Shown one piece after another: positions 8,916 to 18,081 of a DNA stretch of 64,000 bases (positions within the stretch are counted from its first letter, which is position 1; each line of letters opens with the position of its first letter). Both the position numbers and the translations under genes were made by a program. The notes under the pieces were generated by a model. That model saw only the letters and a program-made list of their open reading frames with translations. It did not search any database and had not been told where the DNA came from. The stretch is from an uncultured Methanomassiliicoccales archaeon. GTDB lineage: Archaea > Thermoplasmatota > Thermoplasmata > Methanomassiliicoccales > UBA472. Where the stretch lies: positions 962,327-1,026,326 of the forward strand of contig OW818644.1 of the NCBI GenBank assembly GCA_942492955.1, given 5' to 3'.

Positions 8916-10048
8916 TCACCCTTGGAATTCAGCTGGTCCATGCTCTCGGCCGTTCTCTTGAAGGCCTCGACCAGGTGCACGTTCCGGTCATGCGTCTTGA
9001 TGGCGAAGCGGGCGAACTTCTCGAACGGAAGCCCGAACGAGCCGCAGTCCCGTACCAGAACGTTGGAGCGGAGGAGCAGGTCCTTCAGCTGCTTCGAGTT
9101 CAGACCGCCGTTGACCCGGTTGAAGAAGAAGAACGCGTCCGGTCCCGATGCGGAGACGACCCCGGTCCTCTTTATCGCCTCGATCAGGTAGGGCTTCTCC
9201 TCGGCCATCAGGCGGGCCGCCTTCTCGATGTGCCCGTAGCAGTCGTCCAGCAGTTTCGCCGCCACATGCATCTCCACCTGGCCCAGGTTCCAAGCCAGGC
9301 GGGCGTTGTCCATGTGCCGGATGACGTCCTTGGAGCCTATGGCGTATCCCACCCGTATCCCGGGTATGGCGAAGCACTTGGTGAACGAGCGTATGATGAA
9401 CAGGTTGTCGTGGTTCTCCGCCTCGGCGATGCAAGTAAGGTCCCTGGCGTTGTCCACCAGCTCCAGCAGCGTCTCGTCCAGGAAGACCAGGGTGTTCTGC
9501 TTCTCGCACTCCTCGATGATCTCCACGATGCGTTTCCTGCTCTCAACAACGCCTGTCGGATTGTTCGGGTTGCAGATGTACAGCGCCTTCGAACCGGACC
9601 CGATCATGTTGTTCAGCCTGGCGAAGTCAAAATGGAACCCGTCGATCTCGCTCAGCGGGAGGTCGTGGATGCTCGCCCCCCTCATCCCCAGGGCGAACTG
9701 GTACTCGGCGAACGTCGGCCTCGGCATGATGACTCCGTCGCCCTTGTTGATGAAGACGTCCGGGAACAGCCGGATGAGCTCGGCCGAGCCGGCCCCCAGC
9801 ATGATGTTTTCCCGGTTCACGCCGAAACGCCTGGAGATGGCCTCCTTGAGCTCCAGCCCGCCGTCGTCCGGATAGTAGATCAGCTTGTCGGCCGCCTGGA
9901 GCATGTAGTCCCGCACCTGCGGCGGCGGACCCAGCGGGTTCAGGTTCGAACTGAAGTCCTCCACGCCCTGGTATTTCCAGCCCAGTCCGCCGTGTATCGG
10001 GCGTTCGATGTTCAGGAGGTCCGATCGGACCAGCTCTTCAACGTTCAT
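8912..10048 (-). CDS. cobD: Class I/II aminotransferase-fold enzyme, likely L-threonine-O-3-phosphate decarboxylase
   Basis: 378 aa with the PLP-lysine region SFTKCFAIPGIRVGY. The assignment rests on operon context between btuD and cbiB; a HisC-like aminotransferase cannot be excluded. Confidence 0.7.
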   Translation of the reverse strand: MNVEELVRSDLLNIERPIHGGLGWKYQGVEDFSSNLNPLGPPPQVRDYMLQAADKLIYYPDDGGLELKEAISRRFGVNRENIMLGAGSAELIRLFPDVFINKGDGVIMPRPTFAEYQFALGMRGASIHDLPLSEIDGFHFDFARLNNMIGSGSKALYICNPNNPTGVVESRKRIVEIIEECEKQNTLVFLDETLLELVDNARDLTCIAEAENHDNLFIIRSFTKCFAIPGIRVGYAIGSKDVIRHMDNARLAWNLGQVEMHVAAKLLDDCYGHIEKAARLMAEEKPYLIEAIKRTGVVSASGPDAFFFFNRVNGGLNSKQLKDLLLRSNVLVRDCGSFGLPFEKFARFAIKTHDRNVHLVEAFKRTAESMDQLNSKGE

Positions 10049-10842
10049 TGTCTCAACGACCTCTTTGGAATGGCATATATCTCGTCGCCGTCGCGGAACA
10101 TCGTGACCTCCACCCCGTACACGTCCCGGATGTTCTCCTCGGTCATGACGTCGACCGGGTTTCCGAAGGAGACGATCTTTCCCTGCGATATCATCAGCAC
10201 CCGGTCGCAGAACTTCGACATCAGGTTCAGGTCGTGCGATGCGGTGATGACCGTTATCCCCGACCTCGCCAGGGAACGCAGTTCCTCCATGACCTCCAGT
10301 TTGTAGCGCAGGTCCAGGTGGGCCGACGGCTCGTCCACCAGCATCACCTGCGGACGCTGCACGACCGCCTTGGCCAACAGCACCCTGGCCTGTTCTCCGG
10401 AGCTCAGCTCGTTCAGCTTTCTGTTGACCAGGTGTTCTAGCTTGAACGTGGCGATGGCCTTGTCCACGATCTCCTCGTCATCCTTGCTCTCCCACCACAT
10501 GCCGCTTACGTACGGGTAACGCCCCAGGAAGACGAACTCGTGCACCGTGAGGGTCAGGTCCTCGGCCGCGTCCGTCGGCACGTTGGCGCAGACCCGGGCG
10601 ATCTCCTTGATCTTCATCTTGTCGATGTTCTTGCCCTCGACGAATATCGTTCCCACCTTGGGTTTTAGAACTCCGTTTATGCACCGGAGCAGTGTGGTCT
10701 TGCCCGACCCGTTCGGGCCGATCAGGCCGATGAACTCCCCTTTGGAGCATACCAGATCGATTCCCTCCAAGGTGTTCTTCCCGTTGTAGCCGAAGGATAT
10801 GCCGTTGACCTGGACCGTTATCGTCTTCGTTTCAGGCTCCAT
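10045..10842 (-). CDS. btuD: ABC transporter ATP-binding protein, FepC/BtuD (corrinoid/iron-chelate) type
   Basis: Walker A GPNGSGKTT, signature LSSGEQ, Walker B MLVDEP. Start and stop overlap the neighbouring genes. Confidence 0.85.
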   Translation of the reverse strand: MEPETKTITVQVNGISFGYNGKNTLEGIDLVCSKGEFIGLIGPNGSGKTTLLRCINGVLKPKVGTIFVEGKNIDKMKIKEIARVCANVPTDAAEDLTLTVHEFVFLGRYPYVSGMWWESKDDEEIVDKAIATFKLEHLVNRKLNELSSGEQARVLLAKAVVQRPQVMLVDEPSAHLDLRYKLEVMEELRSLARSGITVITASHDLNLMSKFCDRVLMISQGKIVSFGNPVDVMTEENIRDVYGVEVTMFRDGDEIYAIPKRSLRQ

Positions 10843-11887
10843 ACTCTTTCCCCCTCCTGATCAGCAGGTAGGCGAAGAACGGGACACCAATGAGAGAGAT
10901 GATCGCACCGATCGGAAGCTCGGCCGGCATAATGATCGATCTGGCGACGATGTCCGCCACCAGCAGAACGTTCGCACCGATGACGATCGACGCCGGCAGC
11001 AGCAACCGGTGATCGCTGCCGACGATCATCCTGGCCGAGTGCGGGACGATGAGCCCGAGGAACGCGATCACGCCGGTGAAGGCCACGCAGACCCCGGTCA
11101 GGCAGGAGGTCAGGACCATCATGATCCGCTTGAAGGAACGCACGTTGAGGCCCAATTGGTTCGCCTGCTCCTCCCCCAGGAGGATGACGTTCATCTCACG
11201 GGCGTACAATAACATGACCGAGACGATCATCAGTGTCGGGATCAGAATTATCAGGGTCTGGTCCAAGGTGACCGATTGGAACGAACCGAACATCCAGAAC
11301 AATATCCCTTTATGCTCGTCCGGGTTCATGACCGCCAAGATGTTGGTGAACGACGAGAGGCCGAGACCGATCATCACTCCGGCAAGCACGAAGCTGATCG
11401 GCTTGCCCCCGGCCGCCTCGGACAGGCTCATGGTCATGGCGAAGGCGATTATTGCTCCGACGAAAGCGGCCAGCGGCACGGAGTACATCCCGATGCCGGC
11501 CAGCGAGACCCCGCCCAGGACCACGAGCGATACCCCCAAGGCAGCGCCTGATGAAACGCCGGTGATGTAGGGGTCGACAAGCGGGTTCCTGATGATGGCC
11601 TGCATCACGGCTCCGGCGATCGACAGCCCTATGCCGACGCCTATCACCGATAGCGTCCGGGGCAACCGGGAGTTCAATATGATCCTCTCGTCCATGTTCT
11701 GGGAGTTACCGAAGCTGGTGATCAGGTTGAAGAAGGAGGTCATGGCGGACTCGAAGGTCATGCCGTACGCGCCTATTGTTAGAGAGAGAAAAAATAGCAA
11801 GGTGAGCGAGATGCTGCCGGCTACCACTATCAGCAGCAGCCGGGTCTTTGCACGATCGATCACTGAACCGTTCAAATCGTTCACCAA
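10832..11887 (-). CDS. btuC: FecCD/BtuC-family ABC permease
   Basis: 351-aa polytopic protein with a FecCD-type C-terminus (LPIGAIISLIGVPFFAYLL). Confidence 0.85.
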   Translation of the reverse strand: MVNDLNGSVIDRAKTRLLLIVVAGSISLTLLFFLSLTIGAYGMTFESAMTSFFNLITSFGNSQNMDERIILNSRLPRTLSVIGVGIGLSIAGAVMQAIIRNPLVDPYITGVSSGAALGVSLVVLGGVSLAGIGMYSVPLAAFVGAIIAFAMTMSLSEAAGGKPISFVLAGVMIGLGLSSFTNILAVMNPDEHKGILFWMFGSFQSVTLDQTLIILIPTLMIVSVMLLYAREMNVILLGEEQANQLGLNVRSFKRIMMVLTSCLTGVCVAFTGVIAFLGLIVPHSARMIVGSDHRLLLPASIVIGANVLLVADIVARSIIMPAELPIGAIISLIGVPFFAYLLIRRGKEYGA

Positions 11888-12969
11888 AACTGGACGGAGG
11901 TCATGACCGTCCGGGCGGCGGTGGAATCGCTGTTCCAGCTCTCCGGCAGGTAGTTGACGTACTCGTTGCCCATGACGTTGGGTATGGCCTCACCGAAGAT
12001 TTCCGGATACAGCATGTCCGCCAGCAATTGGGTCGCTTGGACCACTCTTATCCCCTGACGCAGGAAGCAGCTTTCCGCCTGGTTCTCGAGCACATAGACC
12101 TTGTTGTCGATGGCTGCCTGTGTGTTCTTCAGGAGGACGTCGCCCTTTATCTGGTCCAGAACCTCTTGGGCGGTCAGGCCGGGGATCATTGAGGATGTGA
12201 CGATGATCACGTCCGGATTCGCCTGGACGACACCTTCCTTGGAGATCGTGGCATATCCGGTCGCATTCGCGAACACGTTCGTTCCGCCGGCGGCGTTGAT
12301 TATGTCATTGATGAACGTGTTCCCCCCGACCACGTAGATGGTGGGGCTGAACGCGACCATCACCATGACCTTCGGTTTCGAGGTCACGTTGCTGACCGCG
12401 TTGCTGATCGTGGAAAGCTTTTCCTCCATGTCGCTGATCAGCGAGGCGGATCTCTCTTCCTCGTCGAATATCTGGCCGACGTACCGGATGTTGTTCTGGA
12501 TCTCGGTAACGTTCTTGCCTGGGTATAGGGCTACATACTTGATGCCCACGGAATCAAGCTGGGGCATCAGGTCCTTCTGCTTCTTCACGCCTCCGTCAAG
12601 GAGGACCAGGTCGGGGTCCAGGCTGGCGATCTTCTCGAAACTGGGTGAATAGAACCCACCGATGCTGGTGAAGATCTCTTTGGGTGATTTTCCGGTCGCG
12701 TTGAGCGGATAGTCGCAGTAATCGGTGACTCCCACGATTGATCCGGTGGCGCCGATCGCATAGAGCAGTTCGGTGGTGCTCGGCGAGGCCGAGACGACCT
12801 TTTCCGGCGTCGAGTTCAGAGTGACGTTGTTTCCCAGGGCGTCTATCAGCATTATCGTCCCGGCTGTCTTGCCCTTGTTGTCGCCAAGCCCGATGAACGC
12901 GAACATCCCGGCAGCGACCAGAGTCACAACGACGATGACGGCGATTATTGCACTTCTCTTGTTGACCAT
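11881..12969 (-). CDS. btuF: Membrane-anchored periplasmic-binding-protein (type 8, BtuF/FhuD-like) substrate-binding subunit
   Basis: N-terminal TM anchor, then a PBP fold (VVSASPSTTELLYAIGA...VGVTDYCDYP). First gene of the eight-gene operon. Confidence 0.8.
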   Translation of the reverse strand: MVNKRSAIIAVIVVVTLVAAGMFAFIGLGDNKGKTAGTIMLIDALGNNVTLNSTPEKVVSASPSTTELLYAIGATGSIVGVTDYCDYPLNATGKSPKEIFTSIGGFYSPSFEKIASLDPDLVLLDGGVKKQKDLMPQLDSVGIKYVALYPGKNVTEIQNNIRYVGQIFDEEERSASLISDMEEKLSTISNAVSNVTSKPKVMVMVAFSPTIYVVGGNTFINDIINAAGGTNVFANATGYATISKEGVVQANPDVIIVTSSMIPGLTAQEVLDQIKGDVLLKNTQAAIDNKVYVLENQAESCFLRQGIRVVQATQLLADMLYPEIFGEAIPNVMGNEYVNYLPESWNSDSTAARTVMTSVQFW

Positions 12970-13004
12970 GATTAGCTCCCCTCAACTGCAGCCCCTAAAG
13001 CTGA

Positions 13005-13066
13005 GTTGGATGATACATCCAACTGATTCCTAATCGGAGGAACGATATTTAAACCTTACCAAGATA
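13005..13066 (-). promoter_or_regulatory. btuF-operon promoter module. In gene orientation: TATCTTGGTAA (13066-13056), TATA TTTAAATA (13053-13046), CTCCGATTA (13039-13031), palindrome GTTGGATGTATCATCCAAC (13023-13005)
   Basis: The reverse complement is identical to the cobT palindrome over 19/19 nt. The 11-nt TATCTTGGTAA box and the TAATCGGAG element are also shared. Confidence 0.6.
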
Positions 13067-13309
13067 GAAGCTTGTACATCCCTCCAGGCATAGCCAGATC
13101 TTGCATCCTTGCGCCGATCGGGACATTCTAAGAACAGATAAAAAAGAGAAGTGGGGAGCTAGGGAGCGGTGGTGTCAGAATCGAACCCTAATGCATCCGC
13201 TCTTGATGTACTGGTATCGAGTGCTCCCATATCCCGTCTGACAAATCGTCACACGAGTATATGAACGTCAATATTTGGATATCAAAAATGGAAATAATGT
13301 AAGGAGAAA

Positions 13310-14443
13310 CTAGTTCCAAGAACTTCTTTCCCTGTCATCGACCCGGCGTATGATGGTCGTGACATTGGCGACCTGATCCCCGTCCATTATGGGTACTTTG
13401 CTGATCTCTGCCCACACCTTGTTCTCAAGGTTGTACATCCTATGCGATACGATCTTTTCACCTTTGGCAAAAACACTCTCGTATTCCTCCAGTTCCTCTT
13501 TCGGCAAATAGGGGAAGGCTTCCGATAGCTGGCTTCCGACGCAGTGGAAGTTCTCGCCGAGACGGTCGCCCAATTTCTCCAACGCCTTATTGGTTATGAT
13601 GACCCGGTAGTCACGATCGATCACATGGACCGGTTCATTAAGGGAGTCGAGAGTGTTCCGGTAACGCAGCTCTGATATCAGCAGAGCCCACTCCACCATC
13701 TTCCTCTTCTTGATCTCCTCTCTCAGGAGTTTATTCGCTGATTCCAGTTCATCATGGCTCTCCTTGAGCTTGAGCTCATTGTAATAGACGTCGATCAGGT
13801 TGTCCATGAGCCGGTACATTTCCGGGGAGCCGCCCTTCGGGCTAAGCAACTGGTCATGCGGAATGTAGAAGAAATTATTGCACACGATGCCCCTCAAAAC
13901 AATGACCGGATGGCTGAGTATGGCCCCAATGATGACATCGGGCTCCTCCTCATTGAGGTCATAGAGACTGATCCTGACCACCTTCTCCTCGGACATCACC
14001 CGACCCATCACCGTTTCGTAATCGATGTGGGTCTTGTTGTCATCGAAAACGGCAGGTCGGTAGAATGTATTGAACACCCGCAACCCCGAGAAGCCTTGGT
14101 CAAGGGCCTCGTGGATCATTCTCCTGAGCATGGCTATGGTCATGTCTGGGTCGAACTTCTCTCCCTTCGGGAATATCTCGTTGACATCCTGGAAGACGAG
14201 CGCCCCCCTCGACGAAGCAGAATCGACATCGATGCCGGCGCTTCGAAGATGCCTTTCGATTTCATCCCCATCTTCCGTGGCAATGAAGCACCGCTCGTTC
14301 CGCTCCAGCCCTATGCGGCACAGCTCGGCAATAACGTCGACCTTGTTCAGCTGGGACACGTAGATTATGGCAACGTGATCGTGAAGGTCTATGGACCGAA
14401 GGGATTTCGGGTTCACCTTGTCCTCGTGCAGGAAAAACGACAT
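13310..14443 (-). CDS. MEDS-domain / coiled-coil / PAS-domain sensor protein with no recognisable output domain
   Basis: The N-terminal region (HDHVAIIYVSQLNKVDVIAELCRIGLERNERCF...) is MEDS-like. The C-terminal region (YRNTLDSLNEPVHVIDRDYRVIITNKA...) is PAS-like. I place the start at ATG 14443; the longer track ORF overlaps dcd. Confidence 0.65.
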   Translation of the reverse strand: MSFFLHEDKVNPKSLRSIDLHDHVAIIYVSQLNKVDVIAELCRIGLERNERCFIATEDGDEIERHLRSAGIDVDSASSRGALVFQDVNEIFPKGEKFDPDMTIAMLRRMIHEALDQGFSGLRVFNTFYRPAVFDDNKTHIDYETVMGRVMSEEKVVRISLYDLNEEEPDVIIGAILSHPVIVLRGIVCNNFFYIPHDQLLSPKGGSPEMYRLMDNLIDVYYNELKLKESHDELESANKLLREEIKKRKMVEWALLISELRYRNTLDSLNEPVHVIDRDYRVIITNKALEKLGDRLGENFHCVGSQLSEAFPYLPKEELEEYESVFAKGEKIVSHRMYNLENKVWAEISKVPIMDGDQVANVTTIIRRVDDRERSSWN

Positions 14444-14588
14444 CTCTGAGGGTTGATTTCCATTTCTGATGTATAAGGGTTCGCTTCCCTTTTCAGCAAC
14501 ATAAGTCCAACACCCAAGCGGGATAGGATTGTCCTTCAGGGAACCAACGCATGCCAACACTAATGAGCCGGAACGCGATTGCGGTGGC

Positions 14589-15080
14589 ATGTGCATCGTG
14601 CCGGACCATGAGATCGTGGAGATGATGAAGAGCGGGCGCCTGGTGATCCGTGAATACTCCGACGGCAGCCTTACTCCGAACGGATACGACCTGCGCATCG
14701 CCGAGATCAAGCTCGCCGATTCGGGCGAGACCTATCGCGAGGGAACGGTGGCCATTGGTCCAGGCAAGATGTTCTTCGTAAGCACCGTGGAGCATGTCGA
14801 GCTCCCCGACGACGTCGCCGCTCAGCTATGGACCCGGACCTCGTGGATCAGGAAAGGGCTCCTGGTCGGCCTGGGCAAGATCGATGCCGGGTTCCATGGG
14901 ACGCTCACCTTCACCGGGTTCAACGCCTCCTCCCAGACGGTCGAGGTCCCCATCGGCTGCCGCTTCGTGCAGATGGTCCTGGAGATGATGCACTCCAGCT
15001 GTGAGATGACATACGAGAAGAGGAGCGGCAACTACCAGGGTCAGAAAGGGATAACGCTAGCACCAGTCTCGAAGAAATAG
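14589..15080 (+). CDS. dcd: dCTP deaminase / dUTPase-family protein
   Basis: Motifs GYDLRI, GKIDAGFHGTLTF and GNYQGQKG. The start is placed at MCIVPDHEI; an upstream in-frame ATG at 14529 is possible. Confidence 0.8.
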   Translation: MCIVPDHEIVEMMKSGRLVIREYSDGSLTPNGYDLRIAEIKLADSGETYREGTVAIGPGKMFFVSTVEHVELPDDVAAQLWTRTSWIRKGLLVGLGKIDAGFHGTLTFTGFNASSQTVEVPIGCRFVQMVLEMMHSSCEMTYEKRSGNYQGQKGITLAPVSKK

Positions 15081-16076
15081 GTCGGCGCTGAAAACGCTGG
15101 CGCTGGGGGAATAGGTCTTCAGCTCCTCCTTGTGCGCCACGTCGACGCAAACGCCCATGCCCCTGGCCTCGACCACCATCTGATCCAGCACGGAGTCGAT
15201 CTCATGCCTATCGCAGATATGGTAGAAATGGATCGTGCCCCCTATGTTCAGCCGCGTCAACGCCTCGGCGTAGAACTGCCGGGCGGTGTGCGGCAGGTTC
15301 ATCACGATCCGGTCGGCGCACGGTATGTCGAATATCATTTGCTTCGAGTCGCCCTCGATCGGGACCACGCTGGAGACCTTGTTGATCTCGATGTTCCTTT
15401 TCATGTACTCGATGCAGTCCGGATTGATGTCCAGCGCGTAAACGACGAACGGCCTGGCCTGCTTCGCGATCATGATGGCGAACGGACCGATGCCGGAGAA
15501 CATATCGATGACCGTCTCCCCTTCCCTCACCAGCGAGGCGACCCGGTGCCGCTCCCCCGCCAGGCGCGGATTGAAGTATACTCGGCTTGGATCGACCAGC
15601 AGCCTTATCCCGTATTCCTGATGGACTGTCTCCAGCTTCTCATCGCCGGCCACCACCTCCAGGTCACGCACCCGGAACTCGCCCTTGACGCCCTTGTCCA
15701 TGGCGACGGTCCGCAGCCTGGGGAACGCGGACAACAATGCCGCCCCGATCTCCTTCGCATAGGATGACAGCTCGTCAGGCATCCGGAAGATGCCGATGTC
15801 CCCGATGACATCGAACGATGTCGGCAACAGGGGGCGAAGCTCGTCGGGGACGGAGACAAGTGATTTGTAGTCGGTATCCATCAAACGGCGCTCGTCGAAC
15901 TCCTCCTCGCATACCTCGTAACCCAGGTCAGGAAGGTTGTCACTGAGCACCGGGAACAGGACCGAATCGCCCTCCCTGATGATCTTGAGCCCGGAATCCA
16001 GGGCGCCCAAGTCTAAAAGCTTTTTACGGACGGACTCGCCTTCACCCTTCGGTACGCGAACGCAGAGAGAGCGCAC
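15057..16076 (-). CDS. trm5: tRNA (guanine37-N1)-methyltransferase Trm5 (Met-10+ family)
   Basis: N-terminal SLCVRVPKGEGESVRKKLLDLG and the SAM-binding motif VIDMFSGIGPFAI. The start codon is GTG. Confidence 0.85.
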   Translation of the reverse strand: MRSLCVRVPKGEGESVRKKLLDLGALDSGLKIIREGDSVLFPVLSDNLPDLGYEVCEEEFDERRLMDTDYKSLVSVPDELRPLLPTSFDVIGDIGIFRMPDELSSYAKEIGAALLSAFPRLRTVAMDKGVKGEFRVRDLEVVAGDEKLETVHQEYGIRLLVDPSRVYFNPRLAGERHRVASLVREGETVIDMFSGIGPFAIMIAKQARPFVVYALDINPDCIEYMKRNIEINKVSSVVPIEGDSKQMIFDIPCADRIVMNLPHTARQFYAEALTRLNIGGTIHFYHICDRHEIDSVLDQMVVEARGMGVCVDVAHKEELKTYSPSASVFSADLFLRDWC

Positions 16077-16080
16077 GGTG

Positions 16081-16881
16081 ATGTCGATGGGCGAATTGCT
16101 ATTTGTTGGTTTAGGGCTGGGCGGTGTGGACGATATGAGCGTCCGCGCGCTCAGGGAATTGAAGAGCTGTGACCAGGTATTCGTGGAGTTCTACACGTCG
16201 AGACTGATAGACGCCTCCCTGGACGACCTTGGTTCGGCCATCGGCAAGGAGATCACCGTGCTCAAGCGCAAGGACGTGGAAGAGTCGGAGATGGTGGTCG
16301 ACGCCGCCCGGGATAAGAAGGTGGCGTTCGTCACCGCCGGGGATACGATGGCTGCCACCACGCACGTCGATCTGCGCATCCAGGCGGTGGACGCCGGGAT
16401 ACCCACCAAGGTCATCCATGGCGTATCGATATTCAGCGCCTGCCCCTCCTCGCTCGGGCTGCAGCCGTACAAGTTCGGCAGGACCGTCACGCTGCCGTTC
16501 GTGGAAGGCGAGTATTTCCCCTCCAGCCCTTACGAGCGCATCCTGGAGAACAAGGAACGCGGACTGCACACGATGGTCCTGCTGGACATCCGGGAGGAGG
16601 AGAATCGGTACATGACCTCGATCGACGGGGTCAACTGGCTCATGGAGGCGGAGAAGCGGTTCGGCCGCGGCCTTCTCGCCCCCGGCTCGCTGATCTGCGC
16701 CGCCGCCCGCATCGGCTCTTCGACCGAGAAGATCGCCGCCGGATACCCAGAGAAGATGAGGGCCCTGGACATGGGCGGACCGCTGCACACTCTGGTGGTC
16801 CCTTCGAAGCTGCACTTCATGGAGGCCTACGCCCTGGTCAAGTTCGCCGGTGCCCCCCAGGAGATAGCCGAAGGGGAGTGA
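16081..16881 (+). CDS. dphB: Diphthine synthase
   Basis: MSMGELLFVGLGLGG..., a tetrapyrrole-methylase fold with motifs (TAGDTMAATTH, HTLVVP) typical of Dph5/DphB. The start is the internal ATG of the track ORF. Confidence 0.85.
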   Translation: MSMGELLFVGLGLGGVDDMSVRALRELKSCDQVFVEFYTSRLIDASLDDLGSAIGKEITVLKRKDVEESEMVVDAARDKKVAFVTAGDTMAATTHVDLRIQAVDAGIPTKVIHGVSIFSACPSSLGLQPYKFGRTVTLPFVEGEYFPSSPYERILENKERGLHTMVLLDIREEENRYMTSIDGVNWLMEAEKRFGRGLLAPGSLICAAARIGSSTEKIAAGYPEKMRALDMGGPLHTLVVPSKLHFMEAYALVKFAGAPQEIAEGE

Positions 16882-17020
16882 GCTTCCAAAGAACGACCCA
16901 AAACCCCTTGCAGATCAACCCAGCCCAGTGGGGATGACTGATCAGTCTGCGCGCTCGCCGCCACCTTCTGGCTGGAGGGAAGAAAGCTCATCACCTCGCG
17001 AAAGGTCAAGGGGGTTTCGG

Positions 17021-17938
17021 CTACCAGCCAACCAGCAAGGTGACCTTGATGCGCCTTTCCAGCGCCGGATCGCCCCGGGAAGAGAAGCGGATCTTGGCCT
17101 GCGGAAGCCTGGAAGCGACATCCTTCATGACATCGTCCAGCAGGTACGGGTCGGTTTCGTTGGAATTGACCACCACGACCGCGGACCGGGCCAATTCCGT
17201 GGGCGAATCGAACCAGGGAGAGGTGAACGCGTCCTCCACGGCCGCTGAGACCCGCTCCAGACCGGAGCCGCCATACCCAACGCCAAGACGCACCTTGGTG
17301 CAGCCCCGGAAATCGTCCCGGACGCCCTTGACGTCCTCCAGCGTCACCACGTCGATCATTTCGTAGACCGGGGAGAGCATGATCTGCTCCATGACGTTGA
17401 ATGCCTTCCGTATCGGCAGGTTCGGTGCCATCTGAAGCAGCGGGTCGTTGGAATAGATGATCGGGATGTCGCAGCTGGACTGCAGCCTCAGCCGACCCTC
17501 CTGGGCCACCGCCCGGCGGTCCGTCCCCTCCACCGAGAACGGTTCGGAGGCGGACACCACGACCAGTTTGGCGACCTTCTGGCAGGTCGATGCTACAAGG
17601 GGCGTCACGAAGCTTCCGGTCTCCCCGCCCAGCCCGGTGAATATGAAAACGATGTCCGGGTGGTCGATGTGCTCCTTGAGCTTCTCCAACCATTCCAGGT
17701 TCAGGGTGTGCGCGTACTTGGGGTCGAGCGTACGGGATGATTTGACCTGGCTGTCAGTGAGCCTTAGGATCCGTTTGATGCGCAGCGCCGCGGAATGCTT
17801 CTTGTCAGAACAGATAGCGATGCCTTCATCGCCCATGTGGGAGATGGTGTTGCAGCCCGCTCCACCGATGCCGATGACCTGCATCGACGGCCGCTTCCTG
17901 GTCTCGCCGCTTCCGAGCGGAATGGACTCCGGGCGCAT
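17021..17938 (-). CDS. Divergent FtsZ/tubulin-superfamily paralog with degenerate GTPase motifs
   Basis: FtsZ-like blocks: VIGIGGAGCN (G-box), FTGLGGETGSF (in place of GMGGGTGTG), PFSVEGTDRRAVAQEG and IIYSNDPLL. A start at MQVIGIGG (17884) is also possible. Confidence 0.7.
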   Translation of the reverse strand: MRPESIPLGSGETRKRPSMQVIGIGGAGCNTISHMGDEGIAICSDKKHSAALRIKRILRLTDSQVKSSRTLDPKYAHTLNLEWLEKLKEHIDHPDIVFIFTGLGGETGSFVTPLVASTCQKVAKLVVVSASEPFSVEGTDRRAVAQEGRLRLQSSCDIPIIYSNDPLLQMAPNLPIRKAFNVMEQIMLSPVYEMIDVVTLEDVKGVRDDFRGCTKVRLGVGYGGSGLERVSAAVEDAFTSPWFDSPTELARSAVVVVNSNETDPYLLDDVMKDVASRLPQAKIRFSSRGDPALERRIKVTLLVGW

Positions 17939-18081
17939 CGTCCTGGGAACGACTGTTGGCGCATTAAACCTTTGGATGTGGGTGCCACGTTCCTCTATAT
18001 CGCTCCAGCCTTACTTTCGCCCATCCGCGGGATAATTGTTTAATTGGAGTAGTCAATCCACCGGCCGGAGCTTGAACTAAG

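Noticed and set aside
8975-10306. 443-aa plus-strand ORF.
   Set aside because: It is antisense to cobD and btuD, both with strong motifs. Its product is dominated by R, V, G, D, H and L repeats and has no domain signature.
13160-13230. tRNA-like fragment on the minus strand, containing GGGTTCGATTCTGACACC, which resembles the T-arm/acceptor 3' half of the tRNA-Gly at 59118-59142 (about 18/25 by eye), flanked by GGGAGC/GCTCCC pairing.
   Set aside because: No cloverleaf can be folded: the T-stem does not pair, there is no U33 anticodon loop, and the fragment is only ~67 nt. The orientation is inverted relative to the tRNA-Gly, and ~46 kb of core genes lie between them, so it cannot be the island's att repeat. 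It may be an old tRNA or att relic, but this is unsupported.
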